Made by a program: the position numbers and the translations under genes
The notes under the pieces: model-generated
Database searches by the model: none
What the model was told of the DNA's origin: nothing
The model's input: the letters and a program-made list of their open reading frames with translations, nothing else
Assembly: GCF_006345805.1 (NCBI RefSeq)
Contig: NC_043003.1
Coordinates: 18,600,001 to 18,664,000, forward strand
DNA: 64,000 nucleotides
DNA from: Octopus sinensis
Lineage: Eukaryota
Reading direction: 5' to 3'
Part shown: positions 25,005 through 38,592 of the stretch, piece after piece
How positions within the stretch are numbered: the stretch's first letter is position 1
Layout of the letters: each line of letters opens with the position of its first letter

Positions 25005-25660
25005 TGAGAACAGTGTTGCTACCCTTGACGCCAGCAAGGTTTTCAACTGTGCCTGAAACCTAAATATCCTGCAGAGCTGTCCACCTATGGGTTCCATCCA
25101 TGTCCTGATTCTTGTATCAGTAACTTCCTGTAAAATTGCATCATTGTAGTACTCGCTCTCTCAACAACACTATCAACTCTGGTTTGCTCCGAGATCCAGT
25201 TTTGCCCTTCAACTCTTCTCCCTACCAATCAATAACTTATATGTCAACACTTCCTACAATGCTCATAATACCACCCTTCATTCCTCCCTGAAGGATCATC
25301 CACATTCAGTTTGGGAGGCACGTCTGCCAACTCCGCAATGAGTCCACAAACACAGACTGACCTTGAAAACCTCTTCCAACTGTGTTGTGCCAAACTTGTT
25401 CCTTTCAACATGATAAAGATAATCATTATACTTATCAAGGAAACATTAACTGCACTCTTCACAAACACAAATAGCATGCATCAAGACCCCATAAAACTGC
25501 TGAAAATGCTGGCTCTCACTATCACACAAGGTCTCGCCTGACAAGGGCATCTCCTCAATATAGCCAAGACTGCATCACAAAGACTGGTTTTCATTTTCAG
25601 AGCTAGGAAATACTTCAGACTCAAACAACTATTAGCTCTTCACAATGGAGCACACACACA
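25005..25660 (+). mobile_element. Decayed LINE RT domain (CR1/Jockey-superfamily-like)
   Basis: Frameshifted remnants of LDxSKxF (25026), INSG.P.GS.L.P (25170), the post-YADD segment, and FRARKYF (25597). Confidence 0.75.
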
Positions 25661-25781
25661 CACACTGTAGAGCATATTCTCCTAAAAGAAACTTGACTGA
25701 TTGGTATATAGAATGCAAAGATGGACAAAATGCTGCAAAGCAGTTTGCCTAGCATACTAACACCTCTGTCAGCTCACTGCC

Positions 25782-25822
<41 letters not shown>

Positions 25823-26377
25823 TGCCCTGATGCAGTACCAGGCAGTGGCTCTCATGGCTTCTGATCTTAACTGATTGGAAGTGTTATCATGTACATTGTT
25901 TTGTCTTGGTATAAAAGATGGGCTACAGCAAATATTCTGCTCAATACCACAGATTTGCTTGTCAGTTGTTTGACCATAACCAGTTGAGCATGTCCCTTAG
26001 TGGCTGACGATATGTGCATCTCTGATCACGAGCAGAAGTAGTGGGGGAGCATCATAGCCATGTGTTGAGAGGGATTCTTTGGGGTTTGAATAGTTCACCT
26101 CTGGAAACATGGGTGGTTCTTTCAACATCCTTAAACAACCCTTATTCAGGGACCGTTTGAGCGGGATGGGCTACTCAACCTGAAGAAAATTCTAACTGGG
26201 CCCCACCTGCAAGGTCATGTGCTGTTTATCTTGATATGAGATCACCATGTCGCGCACATATGGTTGTGATGCATGTGCCTGGTGTACCTTTATCAGACGG
26301 GTAGTCATGATGGGTATATTGGGCTTCGTATATTTTACCCCAGTGTCACTTTGATGGCATGAACTGCTCTCTCACTC
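25823..26377 (+). mobile_element. ~555-bp non-autonomous retroposon-like element within (AAT)n, copy 1
   Basis: Flanked by (AAT)n at 25783-25822 and 26378-26403. Similar to copy 2 along its whole length. Confidence 0.9.
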
Positions 26378-26459
26378 AATAATAATAATAATAATAATAA
26401 TAATTTGTTCGTTTATTGGCCACAATAATAATAATCATAAAAATAATACTAATAATAAT

Positions 26460-26997
26460 TGCCCTGATACAGTACCAGGCAGTGGTTTGCGTGGTTTCTG
26501 ATCTTAACTGATTGGAAGTGTTATCATGTACATTGTTTTGTCTTAGTATAAAAGATGGGCTACAGCAAATATTCTGCTCAATACCACAGATTTGCTTGTC
26601 AGTTGTTTGACCGTAACCAGTTGAGCATGCTCCTTAGTGGCTGGTGATATGTGCATCTCTGATCACGAGCAGAAGTAGTGGGGGAGCATCATAGCCGTGT
26701 GTTGAAAGGAATTCTTGGAGGTTTGGATTATTCACCTTTGGAAACATGGGTGGTTCGTTCAACATCCTTAAACAATCCTTATTCAGGGACCTTTTGAGCA
26801 GGATGGGCTACTCAACTAGAAGAAAATTCTAACTGAACCCCACCTGCAAGGTCATGCATTGTTAATCTTGATATGAAATCACCATGTTGCGCACATATGG
26901 TTGTGATGCATGTGCCTGGTGTACCCTTATCAGACAGGTAATCATGATGGGTATACTGGGCTTTGTATATTTGATGGCAAGCACTGCTCTCTCACTC
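26460..26997 (+). mobile_element. Same element, copy 2
   Basis: Same 5' end (tgccctgat.cagtaccaggcagtgg) and 3' end (ctctcactc then AAT tail). Scattered substitutions and a short deletion near the 3' end. Confidence 0.9.
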
Positions 26998-29332
26998 AAT
27001 AATAATAATAATGGGTAGTCAAGTAAAGAATTAATTGACCATTAGAACAGATGCTATAAGCTAAAGTCTGATCCATGACAGAAAGTTAAGTAAAGATGAT
27101 TCTAATTATAGCAATAATTACAAACTTAGCTCACACTTTACCATACTTTAAGCTTAGTTATGTACTTTCTGAACCTTAAAAATATAATATGTAAACTTTG
27201 TAAGCATATGTTTAAAATATTAATTTCCTATTCATTCTCACTTTCCTTTATGCTGGCAAAACAATATTTTTGTTTACCTAGCATCAAGTACATCTCCCAC
27301 AGTGAATACGCACCAGAAATAGATGTTCTTCAACTCTATGTGATAGTGGTAGGACTATCTCTAGATCTTGCAGAAATTGCACAGAAATGCTTAAAATCAA
27401 GACAGTTTATTTAGAGTACTTTCAATAACAGATAACATGGTTAATTTGAATTACAATGTCAACAAGGCATATATGGACATTTTATTCTCAACTTGGTTCT
27501 CTTTTATCAGAGTTGTTTTATAAGACTCAGGGAGCCTATTTCTAAATGGAAATTTTAAAAAATAAAAATAAAAACTGAAGCTTTACAAGAATCATAAATC
27601 CTAATCCCCCATGGATATATTGCATAAGCTTTCCTTTCTTCTTGTCAATTAACACCCAGAAGCCAACCAAGTTTTAAATGCTTATTATTAATTATGATAA
27701 ATTACATACAGGATATTATATCAAATTCAAATTAAGTATGCACTTTTAAAAGTGAAATGAATTTTGAAATATCTTCTAATTTTGTAACATTTTTTCTTTG
27801 CTTTTATAGATGTCTTTTAAAAGAGAAAATTAGCCAATATACATTTCAGGTTAACTGCAAATTTAAATTTCATGGTTATTTCAGTCTCATGGTGATGATG
27901 GCTGATGGAAGTATTTCACAGAGATGAGAACTGACTGGGACACAGCTTGGATGATTGCCTGGCTCAGCCCAAACAAATACTGACAAATGGGGAATGCAGT
28001 GATGCACTATAATGGCACATGCCCCCATATCTGACCTGACCAGACCTGTCAGTCCAGTAATGACGTTAGGTATCTACTAAAAATTAGAATTGGTATTTTC
28101 TCTAAGTCACATTGCCTCAATAAAACTGATAAATCTCAATTAAGAACAGTTTCAAACATGATGTAACTCAAACAAAAGTAAATTGGTATATAAAACTGAT
28201 TTCTGAAGTTAAGGGTAATGAAATTTTGAACAGATATATCCGATTTCTGCACCAATAAGGTTGAATCCTTCAAAATTCCAAACTGAATACTCATCAATGA
28301 TATTGTAATGAATATGAGAGAGAAGATGGGGCAGAGAAACTTAGAAATAATACATCCTGAGAAAAATCACACCTGATACTTAAAAAGGCTTGATTAAATA
28401 TGAAACCTAATATTTTTAAATGGACAGAAAAAAAGGGGAAGCGTGATTCTTGTGCTTTTCATAGGATAGATACAACTAAGAATTAACATGAAATCAAAGA
28501 CATGCTGAAGATATGGCTCTCAAGAACCTGTTTCTATTTACCAGAACAGCAATTACTAATTTCTTATTTTGTCTACAAACTGTAAATTTATATGGAAATG
28601 AATATGATAGTATGATATTCAGGCCTTTCTCAAAATAAACAGGAATAGAATAATTGTCAAAGTAAACTGGTTCCAACCAAGAATCAAAACCATCTTAAAG
28701 TATTGGCTTACTAGGAGCTTATTTCTTGCTCCATAGAACTTGAAAGCCGGAATAAGAAATATCAATAATACCAGTGTACCCTTGCCATAAAAAATAACCA
28801 TTTTATTAATTATAGAGAATGGATCAGGTATCCAAAATAATGGTGGAAAACTATTAATAAATTTGTTATTTTATAATTTGTATTTAACAGTAAAATAATA
28901 CTAATAATGGTGATTTGAGGGTGAGTAGGTTGCTATTCCTCGTAGGCTGAATGACTACATAGAAACCCTTTTCTGGCTTGTAAACATTGTGTGTGTGTAC
29001 TGATTGGATGTAATTTTCACTGAAATAAGTTTTGTGTAGGTGTGTGTGTGTACATATATATAATCTTTGAGGAAGGGAAAAAAACTTGGCTTTCCTGAAT
29101 TACCAAAACAAACAAGTAAATGCTTCTAGAATAAGTAGATCAAACACCACCTGCTAACTTTTTTTACTTTTGATACCCCTCACCATCACCACAGAAAAAC
29201 AATCTTTGAATTTATAAGTTTTGAACATTGTGTAATTTTTATCCACTCATAAATTTCACTTCTGAAAACTTTTGAAGAAATAATCTTATTTTCGTTCACT
29301 TGTCATAAATACTATTCTTTATACATATAAGG

Positions 29333-29500
29333 CAAGCTGGCAGAACCATAAGCACACTGAGCAAAATATTTAGTGGAATTTTATTCCTCTTAATGATTGG
29401 AGTTCAAATTCCTCCGAGTATGACTTTGCCTTTCATCCTTTCAGAGTTGATAAAAAAAAGTACCAGTTGAGCACTGGGGTTGGTGTAATTAACTTAACTA
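29333..29500 (+). mobile_element. SINE family B, degenerate
   Basis: ggcaagctggcagaacc..gagttcaaattcc..gactttgcctttcatcctttc..gtaccagttgagcactggggt. Confidence 0.75.
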
Positions 29501-31254
29501 CTCCTAGGTACGAGTATTAAAAAAATGCATCCTTCTGTTAAGTGATGTCAAGCCAGTGTGACAGAGTAGGCTCATCAAACCAGTATGATCTCAAGCCATT
29601 CTCTGGTGGAGAAAACATGTTGAGGCCTTTGTTCTGCAGTGGACTGAACATGGGCAAATTTTCAACAATGTTAACTAAATAAGTTACATTAAATGTTTTT
29701 AATGATGGTTATGAGAAAGAAAAAAAAAAACTATAATAACAAGCTGTTTTAAAGCATTTACTTATTCATTTCACTAATTTAAGAAGGTGAGGTTTTATAT
29801 GTATCTTTCAGTTTTGATCAAAATACCTGCTACTCCAACCATTGCAACATCTCTTACATGTTGTCATACTTCAAAATTACTTCTTTTGAATGTCAGTAAG
29901 CAAACACACAAGCTAATTATTATACATGGATAGTTACAAAATTAAATTTTAATTTTTTTTAAAGCTTAGTCAGAAGAGTAAAGACAGCACTCAAGGCAAT
30001 ATTTTCACAGAGCTTCTGTGATTGGTGAGGCAAGAAGCAAAAAACATCACAACTTTTGCATTGTCCATATAAAAGACCTGGTCTTAATACTTGCAACAAA
30101 TTTGACTTGGGGTAAAGGGACCCCAAAGCCAGGTGGTACTGCTAAATTGGATGGTAAAATGAGTACACTACACAAGAACAGGTATAGTCCAAATGAAAGG
30201 TTTCTGCACAATTTTTCCCTCAAGCAAAATTCACTTACAAGTTTTGGTTCAACCCAAGGTACTATGCAGCAGGATTTATCCTAGAATCATTTGGTTGTGT
30301 AACAAACTTTTTTAATCTCATACCCATGCAAAAAAAATGATGCAATTTAAGAAATCTGAAGAATTTTAATTACTGTGCACACATGAAAATTAACTGCTAT
30401 TGTATAACAATATATATCAGTTAAGTTAGTTCACAGCAGTAAATTACTTTAATCTTCTATGAATAGATACTGTAATATAAAACTTCTTAATTAGTCTGTC
30501 TCTGCAAGACACACAAAGCCTTTTCAGTTTGTTTAGCATCTCAGCAAAGAAGTATTTCAAAATTATGAAAAATGACGACATCCAAACAAGATAAATTAAC
30601 ATACATCAGATCTTACTCTCTGTGAAAGATTTTTTTAAACTAAGCTATCTGGCATGTGTTAGTACATGATATCTATGAGGTAATTAAGTATTGCCATATA
30701 TGGGAATCAAATGGTCAAAAATAGTAACACTGTACAAAATAAACTACCACAGTATAAATTATCAATTTCTCCAACTATCTTGGGAAGATAATCTTTAAAT
30801 GCATCAGCCTCTACACATGTTTTCAAAACATCGCATTAGTAATGTTAAAAGTACATGTAGCTGAAGCAGGAATAGAGCCAGATAAAGATCATGCAGGTCA
30901 CTGGACTACAAGTACTGCATGGCTCCCAGTGGTAATTCAATAATCTTTCACTTAATCTCTAGCGGGCCCTGGGTTGTAGCCTCCTTAAACTCGTACCTGA
31001 ATTTAGCACTGCGAAATAGTAAAACTTTGCAAATGTTTGTATGTAGTGGTGTTATAGGTATAATGGAGAAGAGGGGTTTGCGGTGAACTTCATTATGTTT
31101 TGCAGAGCAGGGTTGGAAGTAAAATGAGCAGTAAACGTGGTAACTTTGTCAGGGATGCTACTCAAAAATAAAGACTCATCTCGATTGAAGAGTAGAGGAT
31201 AGAAAGAATGCTGCAAAATTAGCAGAGAATTTCTTGGCAAGGAAAGAGAGGGTG

Positions 31255-31400
31255 TCATTATCATTCAATGTTTGTTTTCCATGTTGGCAAAGAGTTGGAT
31301 GGTTTGATAGGAACCAATGAGCTAGGGGACTGCACTGACCTCTAATGTTTGCCTTGGTATAATTTTCATGGCTGGATGACCTTCCTAACTTAAAATGAAT
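31255..31400 (-). mobile_element. Degenerate RTE-type 3' tail
   Basis: Reverse complement reads aggaaggtcatccagcc..ccatccaactc..ccaacatggaaaac..tgaatgataatgac. Confidence 0.55.
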
Positions 31401-32313
31401 TTTCTTTTTTTTTGGTTTGGTGTGGAGGAAGTAGAAGGGGACATGGCCATAGTTTTCAAAGGCCTTCCACAAATGGTGAGACAGATGACATCAACATTAC
31501 ATTTAACTTGTGAGATGAGAGGGTGCTTGCAAGCTGTGCATTGTTAAGAAAATTTCTTTCATTTCTCTGATAATGGGGGTGGATAAATACCTCCGGTGGG
31601 TGGCTTCTTCAAGGTGTTGAAGACTGTATCTTTGCTTGTACAGCTGTGAACAAACTACTTAGTGGTTGGGGGTAAGACAGTTTGTGGAATGTGGAGGCAC
31701 ATACCTTGCAGAGTAGTATCAGTTACCCATTTAGTGTCAAATGGGTCAGAGGTGAAATGCATTTTAAGTGCAAATCCCTATGTTTCTATTATATAGTCAA
31801 CAAAATTTTTTTAACAAATTATGGTAATTTTACTGGTTCATGCTTATGTTGCAAAACTTAACTGTCATCACAAATGATTGACTGGATTATAAATCATTAC
31901 TGCAATGTCTACATTGCAGAAACAACTTAGAATAATTTATATCATAAATACAAAATACATAAACTCAAAACAGTTTCTGTTGTGTCTGGGGAGAGTCATT
32001 TTCTTTTTGTGCCTTATAATGTAACACACTCACCGGTAACAGTTTATATCATAAATGTTTTAAAATTCAAACTAATTTACATCATAACTCTTAAAACCTA
32101 AAATAGCTAATATCATAAATACCATACATTATAATCTAAATTATAAGCTCAAAATAGTTTCACCATAAATGCTAAAATTCCAAATACCTGACATATAAAT
32201 TATGAAAACAAACACATATTTTATAAGTGGTTATCCTGAATCCTTCATAAGCAGACTGAAAAACTGTTAGATATACAATAGGATAATACAAAACAAAAAA
32301 CACACAAACTTAC

Positions 32314-32535
32314 CTCTCGAAGATCTCTTTGAAGTTTAACTAATTGTTCTTGAGACTTTATTAAATCTTTCTGAGTAGACGTTAGAGATTCTTCCAATTC
32401 TGTACATTTGTTTGTTAATTCTAAAATGTTTGTCCTAGTAGAAGTTAATTCTGAGTTCTGTTTTTCTACTGTTTCCTGAAGCTCTATCACACGGTTAACA
32501 TCAGAATCTGGGTCTATTGATCCATTTGATAGCCT
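32314..32535 (-). CDS. PPFIA: Liprin-alpha coding exon (74 aa: RLSNGSIDPDSDVNRVIELQETVEK...KDLIKSQEQLVKLQRDLRE)
   Basis: Acceptor ttttag, donor GAG|gtaagt, 222 nt, phase 0-0. RLSNGSID and KDLIK..LQRD.RE are recognisable liprin-alpha motifs. Confidence 0.95.
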
Positions 32536-33014
32536 CTAAAATATTGGGAGATGAAAGAAAGGAAATGATAGAAACAATTATTAGTTAATAAAAACGATGG
32601 GCACATCAACAACTGAGTAAAATCAGAAAATTAAGAAATAAAAATGAACTGAAAATTATTATTAATTATACAGTGACAAAAGAAGAGAATGAAAAATAAA
32701 TAAGCATTGTGAAAAAAATGTTAATTACAAATGTAGTTAAAATAAAAGGAAAGCAGATTAGTAAGGTTCACACAAACAAGTTTACATTAAGTCATGCTTC
32801 AATGCTTTTATATGCCCGGCAAATGATTCAAATTTCTTCTACATTCTTCTCATTCACACATATAGGTGTCACTTTACATAACTTTGGGTCAATGAACTTC
32901 GGTTTAGAAAACTGCTAATTTTTCTTTTTTCTTTTTACTTTCCAATAATCGATAGAAATCAACCAAAATTTTGGCTTTAGTTTTCTTTTTCTTTTGTAAT
33001 TCTTCAATTGAGTG

Positions 33015-33106
33015 TATATATATTCACATATACACACATATAATCAATTTATATATATATATATATATATAAACTGATTATATGTGTGTGTATGTGAATA
33101 TATATA
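33015..33106. repeat. Near-perfect ~92-bp palindrome centred on (AT)10
   Basis: tatatattcacatatacacacatataatcaattt-(at)10-aaactgattatatgtgtgtgtatgtgaatatata, with two mismatched pairs. Confidence 0.9.
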
Positions 33107-33583
33107 TATATAAACAGATTTTGCATGTGTATGCACACACTTGAATGAACTCCAGGATGTTCCTATTCATGTCCTCTCTAAGAAATGCTAGCTTCAAAAT
33201 GAAATGTAAATTAAATTATCCCTACATATTTTATATATTTACACATGCAAGTATGTATGTTTATGCAGAGATATGAGCATATGTTATTGATCGTAATTAA
33301 TCAAGTAGCAAATCTAGAAAAATAAAGTCATCTACCGGTTAAATAAAGACTAGAGACTTGCATTAAGTTAATGAAATAAGGTTACAAGCATCTTTTTTAA
33401 GGCTATACATCACAGAAATTCAAATTAGTTTTTTTTTCTTTCCTCCTCCCTTCCCCCCTTTTTTGTGGGCAATAAAGCCAAGCATATATATATCTGTATG
33501 ACCTATCATTACATATATTGATACTGAACTGATATTAATGTAATCATCAAAAACTTGAAAGCAAAGGAAACTGAGTTAATATT

Positions 33584-33797
33584 GGCTTCAAGCTTTAGCA
33601 CAATGCCAGCAGTTTTAGAGGGAGGGGTTAAGTTGATTATATTGACCCCAGTGCTCAACTGGTACTTATTTTATCGACCCTGAAAGGATGAAATGCAAAG
33701 TCGACCTGAGCAGAATTTGAACTCAGAATGTAAAGCCAGACAAAATACCACTATGCATTTGCCTGGCATATTAATGATTCTGCCAGCTTGTTGCCTT
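33584..33797 (-). mobile_element. SINE family B (alternative tail) with 16-bp flanking duplication
   Basis: aaactgagttaatatt at 33568-33583 and 33798-33813. Confidence 0.9.
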
Positions 33798-34979
33798 AAA
33801 CTGAGTTAATATTATAAACTCTACTCTAGAAGTAGTACAAATACATGTTTATTATGGAAGAGAAAATGATGAACTGTGAACATATTCCAGTTAAAAGTAA
33901 TTAGAATTTGGCTGTGGACAAAAGAAAAACCGATCAAAGAATTTCTTTCAAGTCCTTTCGCCCTTGCATTTTTCAAAAGTTAATCTTAAAAAACTGCCTT
34001 TCCCAACTCTGTGTAAGCCATAAAATTTTTTTAATGACTTGGGGTAGATGTGGGTATTACTTGAAGACAAATGCCAGTGTAAAAAGTACTCATATTTTAC
34101 TGTAAGTATTTTAAGATTCAGATATTTAGATTATTTTCTGCAATTGAATTAGACTTTTGTGAAAGCCGATATGATAATTCTAATGATTATCAGGTTAATC
34201 ACACAAACAACATATCCAGATTCAAAACGAAAATTATAATTTTATGAAGTTTCTTACTATAAATGGTTAGCGAGCATAAGTATTCATAACTTGTTAGGAT
34301 TGAGTTAATATATAATGGCATTTTTGCAAATTTGAGTAAAACAATTAAGTTTCATACATATTTATACAACTGAATCTAACTGTGGCAAGAAAATTCTATA
34401 TATGCAAGTAAACCAACCATATTATGAATAAATAATAGGCCAAAGAAAGAAGGAAAAAAAAATCCTCACGTTTACTGCATATGGACTATTAAATTAAGAT
34501 TGGTAAAAGTACTTAAATATAGCTTTTATGTCTAAACAAGTTTACATATATCAAACTAAATTTAATATACATGCATTATTTCAGGCCTCCTGGAATATAT
34601 ATATCCGTAACATTTTACCAATTTTTCACCATCATCTGTTCTACATAAAATGTCTATATTTGGCAACACAAAGTCTTAAAACAGTAATGTGGCAGCTAAC
34701 AGTACTGCTGCTAACATTACAACAATGAATAAACTTGGTAAATTATGGATAGTCAGGTTTAATTTTAGGGTAAACTTTTACATCAGAAACGCTTACACGG
34801 TAAATTTATATTTAACAGACAAATGTCTTCTAATACAGCCTTAGGCTGGCCCAAGTCTTGTGAGAGGAGCTCATTCGACAGCCTGCCTCTGTTCTCAGAA
34901 TTTAGCCAGGGCATTCCCCCCACTCTCACCCTACTTGCATTTTAAAATTCCAATTCTATTCTTTAAATGTTAACTATCA

Positions 34980-35400
34980 GGCACAGGAGTGGCTGTGTGG
35001 TAAGTAGCTGGCTTACCAAACACATGGTACTGGGTTCAGTCCCACTGCATGGCACCTTGGGTAAGTGTCATCTACTATAGCCTCGGGCCGACCAAAGCCT
35101 TGCGAGTGGATTTGGTAGATGGAGACTGGAAGAAGCCTGTCGTATATATATGTATATGTGTGTGTGTGTGTGTGTGTGTGCGCACACGCGCATGTCTATA
35201 TATGTTTGTGTCTGTTTGTCCCCCCAACATCGCTTGACAACCGATGCTGGTGTGTTTACGTCCCCATAACTTAGCAGTTTGGCAAAAGAGACCAATACAA
35301 TAAATACTAGGATTACAAAGAATAAGTCTTGGGGTAGATTTGCTTGACTAAAGGCGGTGCTCCAGCATGGCCAGTCAAATAACTGAAACAAGTAAAAGAA
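34980..35400 (+). mobile_element. SINE family A, full length
   Basis: tRNA-like head tggctgtgtggtaagtagc...gggttcagtccc, internal (TA)(TG) microsatellite, tail ..tgaaacaagtaaaagaa. Confidence 0.95.
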
Positions 35401-35924
35401 TAAAACAATATCACTTTCTTAACTACTTATAACAACAATTCATTCACATTTTACCATGATCTAAGTCAGTTGGCACTGGCATATGGCAGGTTTAAAAAAA
35501 CCTGACTGCCAATCACTGTTTACATTGGTTTGTTTATAGCCAATTAGTTGGTGCAACATTCAGTTTATTGTTACCCAGGGTTTCCACTCCTGATAACGAG
35601 AGTATTGTGATATAAAATAATGACATTTTAGACAACGCATACTTTACTAACATATGGCAGCCCCTGCAATAGATGCAAGCAAATGCTTATGTATATAAGT
35701 GTATATATAGCAACAATTGTGTGTGTGTGTGCCAATCATTATCATTGTTTTAAGGTCTACTGCTCCATGCTTGCATAGGTTACAGAGAATTCATTAAGGC
35801 AGATATTCCATGGCCAAACATTCTTCCTGTTTTCAACCCTTGCTTGTTCCCAAACAAACCAATATATCCCCAAGACTGAATGTGTTTTCATGGAAGGTAG
35901 GAAGCTAACAACATAACTTATACT

Positions 35925-36625
35925 TAGCTGAAAGTGTAGCTGCTACAATAAGAATAGCCTGGGCAAAGTTCAGAGAGCTCTTACCTCTGCTGGTGACAAA
36001 GGGCCTCTCGCTCAGAATAAAAGGTAGACTGTATGATGCATGTGTATGAACAGCCATGCTACATGGCAGTGAAACACGGTCCATGACTGCTGAGGACAAG
36101 CATAAGCTCAAAAGGAATGAAGCCAGTATGATCCGATGGATGTGTAACGTCAGTGTGCATACTCGACAGAGTGTAAGTACCTTGAGAGAAAAGTTGGACC
36201 TAAGAAGCATCAGATGTGGTGTGCAAGAGAGACGATTGCACTGGTATTGTCAAGTGGCGATAATGGATGAGGATAGCTGTATGAAAAAGTGCCACACCCT
36301 AGTGGTTGAGGGAACCTGTGGAAGAGGTAGACCCAGAAAGACCTCGGATGAGGTGGTGAAGCATGATCTTCAAACATTGGGCCTCACCGAGGCAATGACT
36401 AGTGACCAAGACCTTTGGAAATATGTAGTGCCTGATTGGCCTTCTTGCTGGTGGCACGTAAAAGCACCCACTACACTCTCGGAGTGGTTGGCATTAGGAA
36501 GGGCATCCAGCTGTAGACTCTCTGCCAGATCAGATTGGAGCCTGGTGCAGCCATCTGGTTCGCCAGTCCTCAGTCAAATCATCCAACCCATGCTAGCACA
36601 GAAAGCGGATGTTAAATGATGATGA
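35925..36625 (+). mobile_element. 5'-truncated RTE-clade LINE: ORF2 C-terminus plus 3' tail ending in (GAT)n
   Basis: Translates as AWAKFRELLPLL..KGRLYDACV*TAMLHGSET..EASMIRWMCNV..GRGRPRKT..DLW, a typical RTE C-terminus. The stop is a plausible CGA>TGA decay. Confidence 0.92.
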
Positions 36626-36638
36626 TATATATGTAGAT

Positions 36639-36640
36639 CC

Positions 36641-36681
<41 letters not shown>

Positions 36682-37470
36682 AAACTTACTTGGAAAAGGA
36701 TGCATGGCGTTCAATCGTATAATAATATAAATATATACATACATATATGTACATACATGTATATATATATATATGCATATATGGGTATAGGATATCAAAA
36801 AAACGTGGGACACAATGAGAAACGAAATATAAAAACAAAAACATAGAAAACGAACGTTTTTTTGAACAACAAAAAAGCAGAGAAACGAGACATGTAACAT
36901 AAAGAATATTCCCCTTCATCAGTTGCCCCTGTTTCACCTACTCCACGTTTTGAAGGCAAGGACAATACGAGACTTCATTGAAACAGTCCTTCCTGCAAAG
37001 CCAATTAAATAAAATTCGGGATTTTTTGCGGACGGTGAAAGTGGTAACAAGAACAGGACAGAGAGAACAAGACAATATAAACAAACGGTGAGGGCTGTTA
37101 AGCTGAGATGATAGAAAAATTATTCTGAACGCGAGGGAGACGAGTTTATGAGAGGAGACAGTATAAGTACATGTTGTCTTTAGGAAGGTAATGGGCAGAA
37201 AGATAGATTCTCTTTCATCATATGTCAGTGATGAGGGAGTCAAGGAGGAAGAGTGAGAGAAAGGAAAGAGTGAAGAGGAGAGGAGAAGAATAGGGAAGGG
37301 TGGGAGAGGAAAACAAAAAGGATGACGACCAAGAGAGGGAGAGAGAGAGAGTGAGAGAAGAGATAGTAATGGCAGAAGAGTGCACATCATAATTATTAAG
37401 ATAAAACTTACTTGGAAAAGGATGCGTGGTGTTTGATCATATAATAATATAAATAATATATAAATATATG
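36639..37470. mobile_element. Unclassified ~800-bp unit with direct terminal repeats (possibly Penelope-like)
   Basis: aaaacttacttggaaaaggatgc..tataataatataaata at 36681 and 37403, around a CpG-retaining and then purine-rich interior. Confidence 0.45.
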
Positions 37471-37484
37471 CATTTATACATCAT

Positions 37485-37700
37485 CATCATTTAACATCCA
37501 CTTTCCATGCTGGCATGGGTTGGACGGTTTGACCGAGGACTGGCAAACCAGGAGGCTGCAACAGGTTCCAACCTGACCTGGAAGAGTTTCTGCAGTTGGA
37601 TGCCCTTCCTAATGCCAACCACTCCGAGAGCATAGTGGGTGCTTTTTACGTGCCACCAGCACAAGGGCCAGGTAGGCGGTACTGCCATTGGCTACAATAA
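37485..37700 (-). mobile_element. RTE-type 3' tail element
   Basis: Reverse complement of the 36430-36625 tail, with catcatcatc at the left end. Confidence 0.9.
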
Positions 37701-38337
37701 TGACTTCACTTGACTCAACAGATCTTCACAAGTGCAGTTTAGGGCCTCTTCCATATATATATATAATAGGCTTCTTTCAGTTTCTGTCAACAAAATCCAA
37801 TCACAAGGATTTGCTCAGCCTGGGGTTATAGTAACAGACACCTTTTGAAGCTGGCAAGCAGCAGGACTGAACCCAGAACCATATGGTTGGGAAGCATAAC
37901 CATATATGTATCCAAGGACAGTATAGCTTTACAATTTGGAAACTAAGAGCAAAACGCGAAACAGAATGAAAAAGCTATGTAAGAAGAATGGTTTACACTT
38001 TAATCTATATTGCAATATTTCTGCACAGTTCAGAAGCAATGAAACAGCTATTTTACAAACTTTAACATGGTGCAACATGTACATAGGCTGCTAGGGCCTC
38101 TTCTGCTTGATGTTAGCATTTGAAAAATAACTGCTTCATTGTTCCTGATCTGTGCAAGATTGAAAGTAGCTTAGCTGTCATTCCCTTTTCGTAAAGGATT
38201 TTTGAAAATGAAATACGAAAACCTAAGTTTAAAATGCAAACCATTGTTCTTCATTTGCTTTTTATTCTCACACCTTTATCTCCAACTTGCATTGTTATGG
38301 CTTTCTTAATATAACCCTTTCTCTCTCTCTCTCTCTG

Positions 38338-38379
<42 letters not shown>

Positions 38380-38539
38380 CACTGGCATGCCTTTTTCTAC
38401 TGTAAGTATATAAACTTATTTGGTTTCATTCACCTACTCATTTATGAAAGGAAACACCATATATCTTTCTCCTAATAATTTCTTTAGGTTTCTTGTTCTG
38501 GGATTTGCTGTTTCCATCTAAATTGCTTCGAGTGTTCTC

Positions 38540-38547
38540 CATAAATA

Positions 38548-38592
<45 letters not shown>

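Noticed and set aside
36880-36960. Minus-strand CTGATGA with a nearby GAAAC, considered as a hammerhead
   Set aside because: GAAA precedes the core by only 9 nt and none follows the putative helix II, so no valid hammerhead topology can be drawn.
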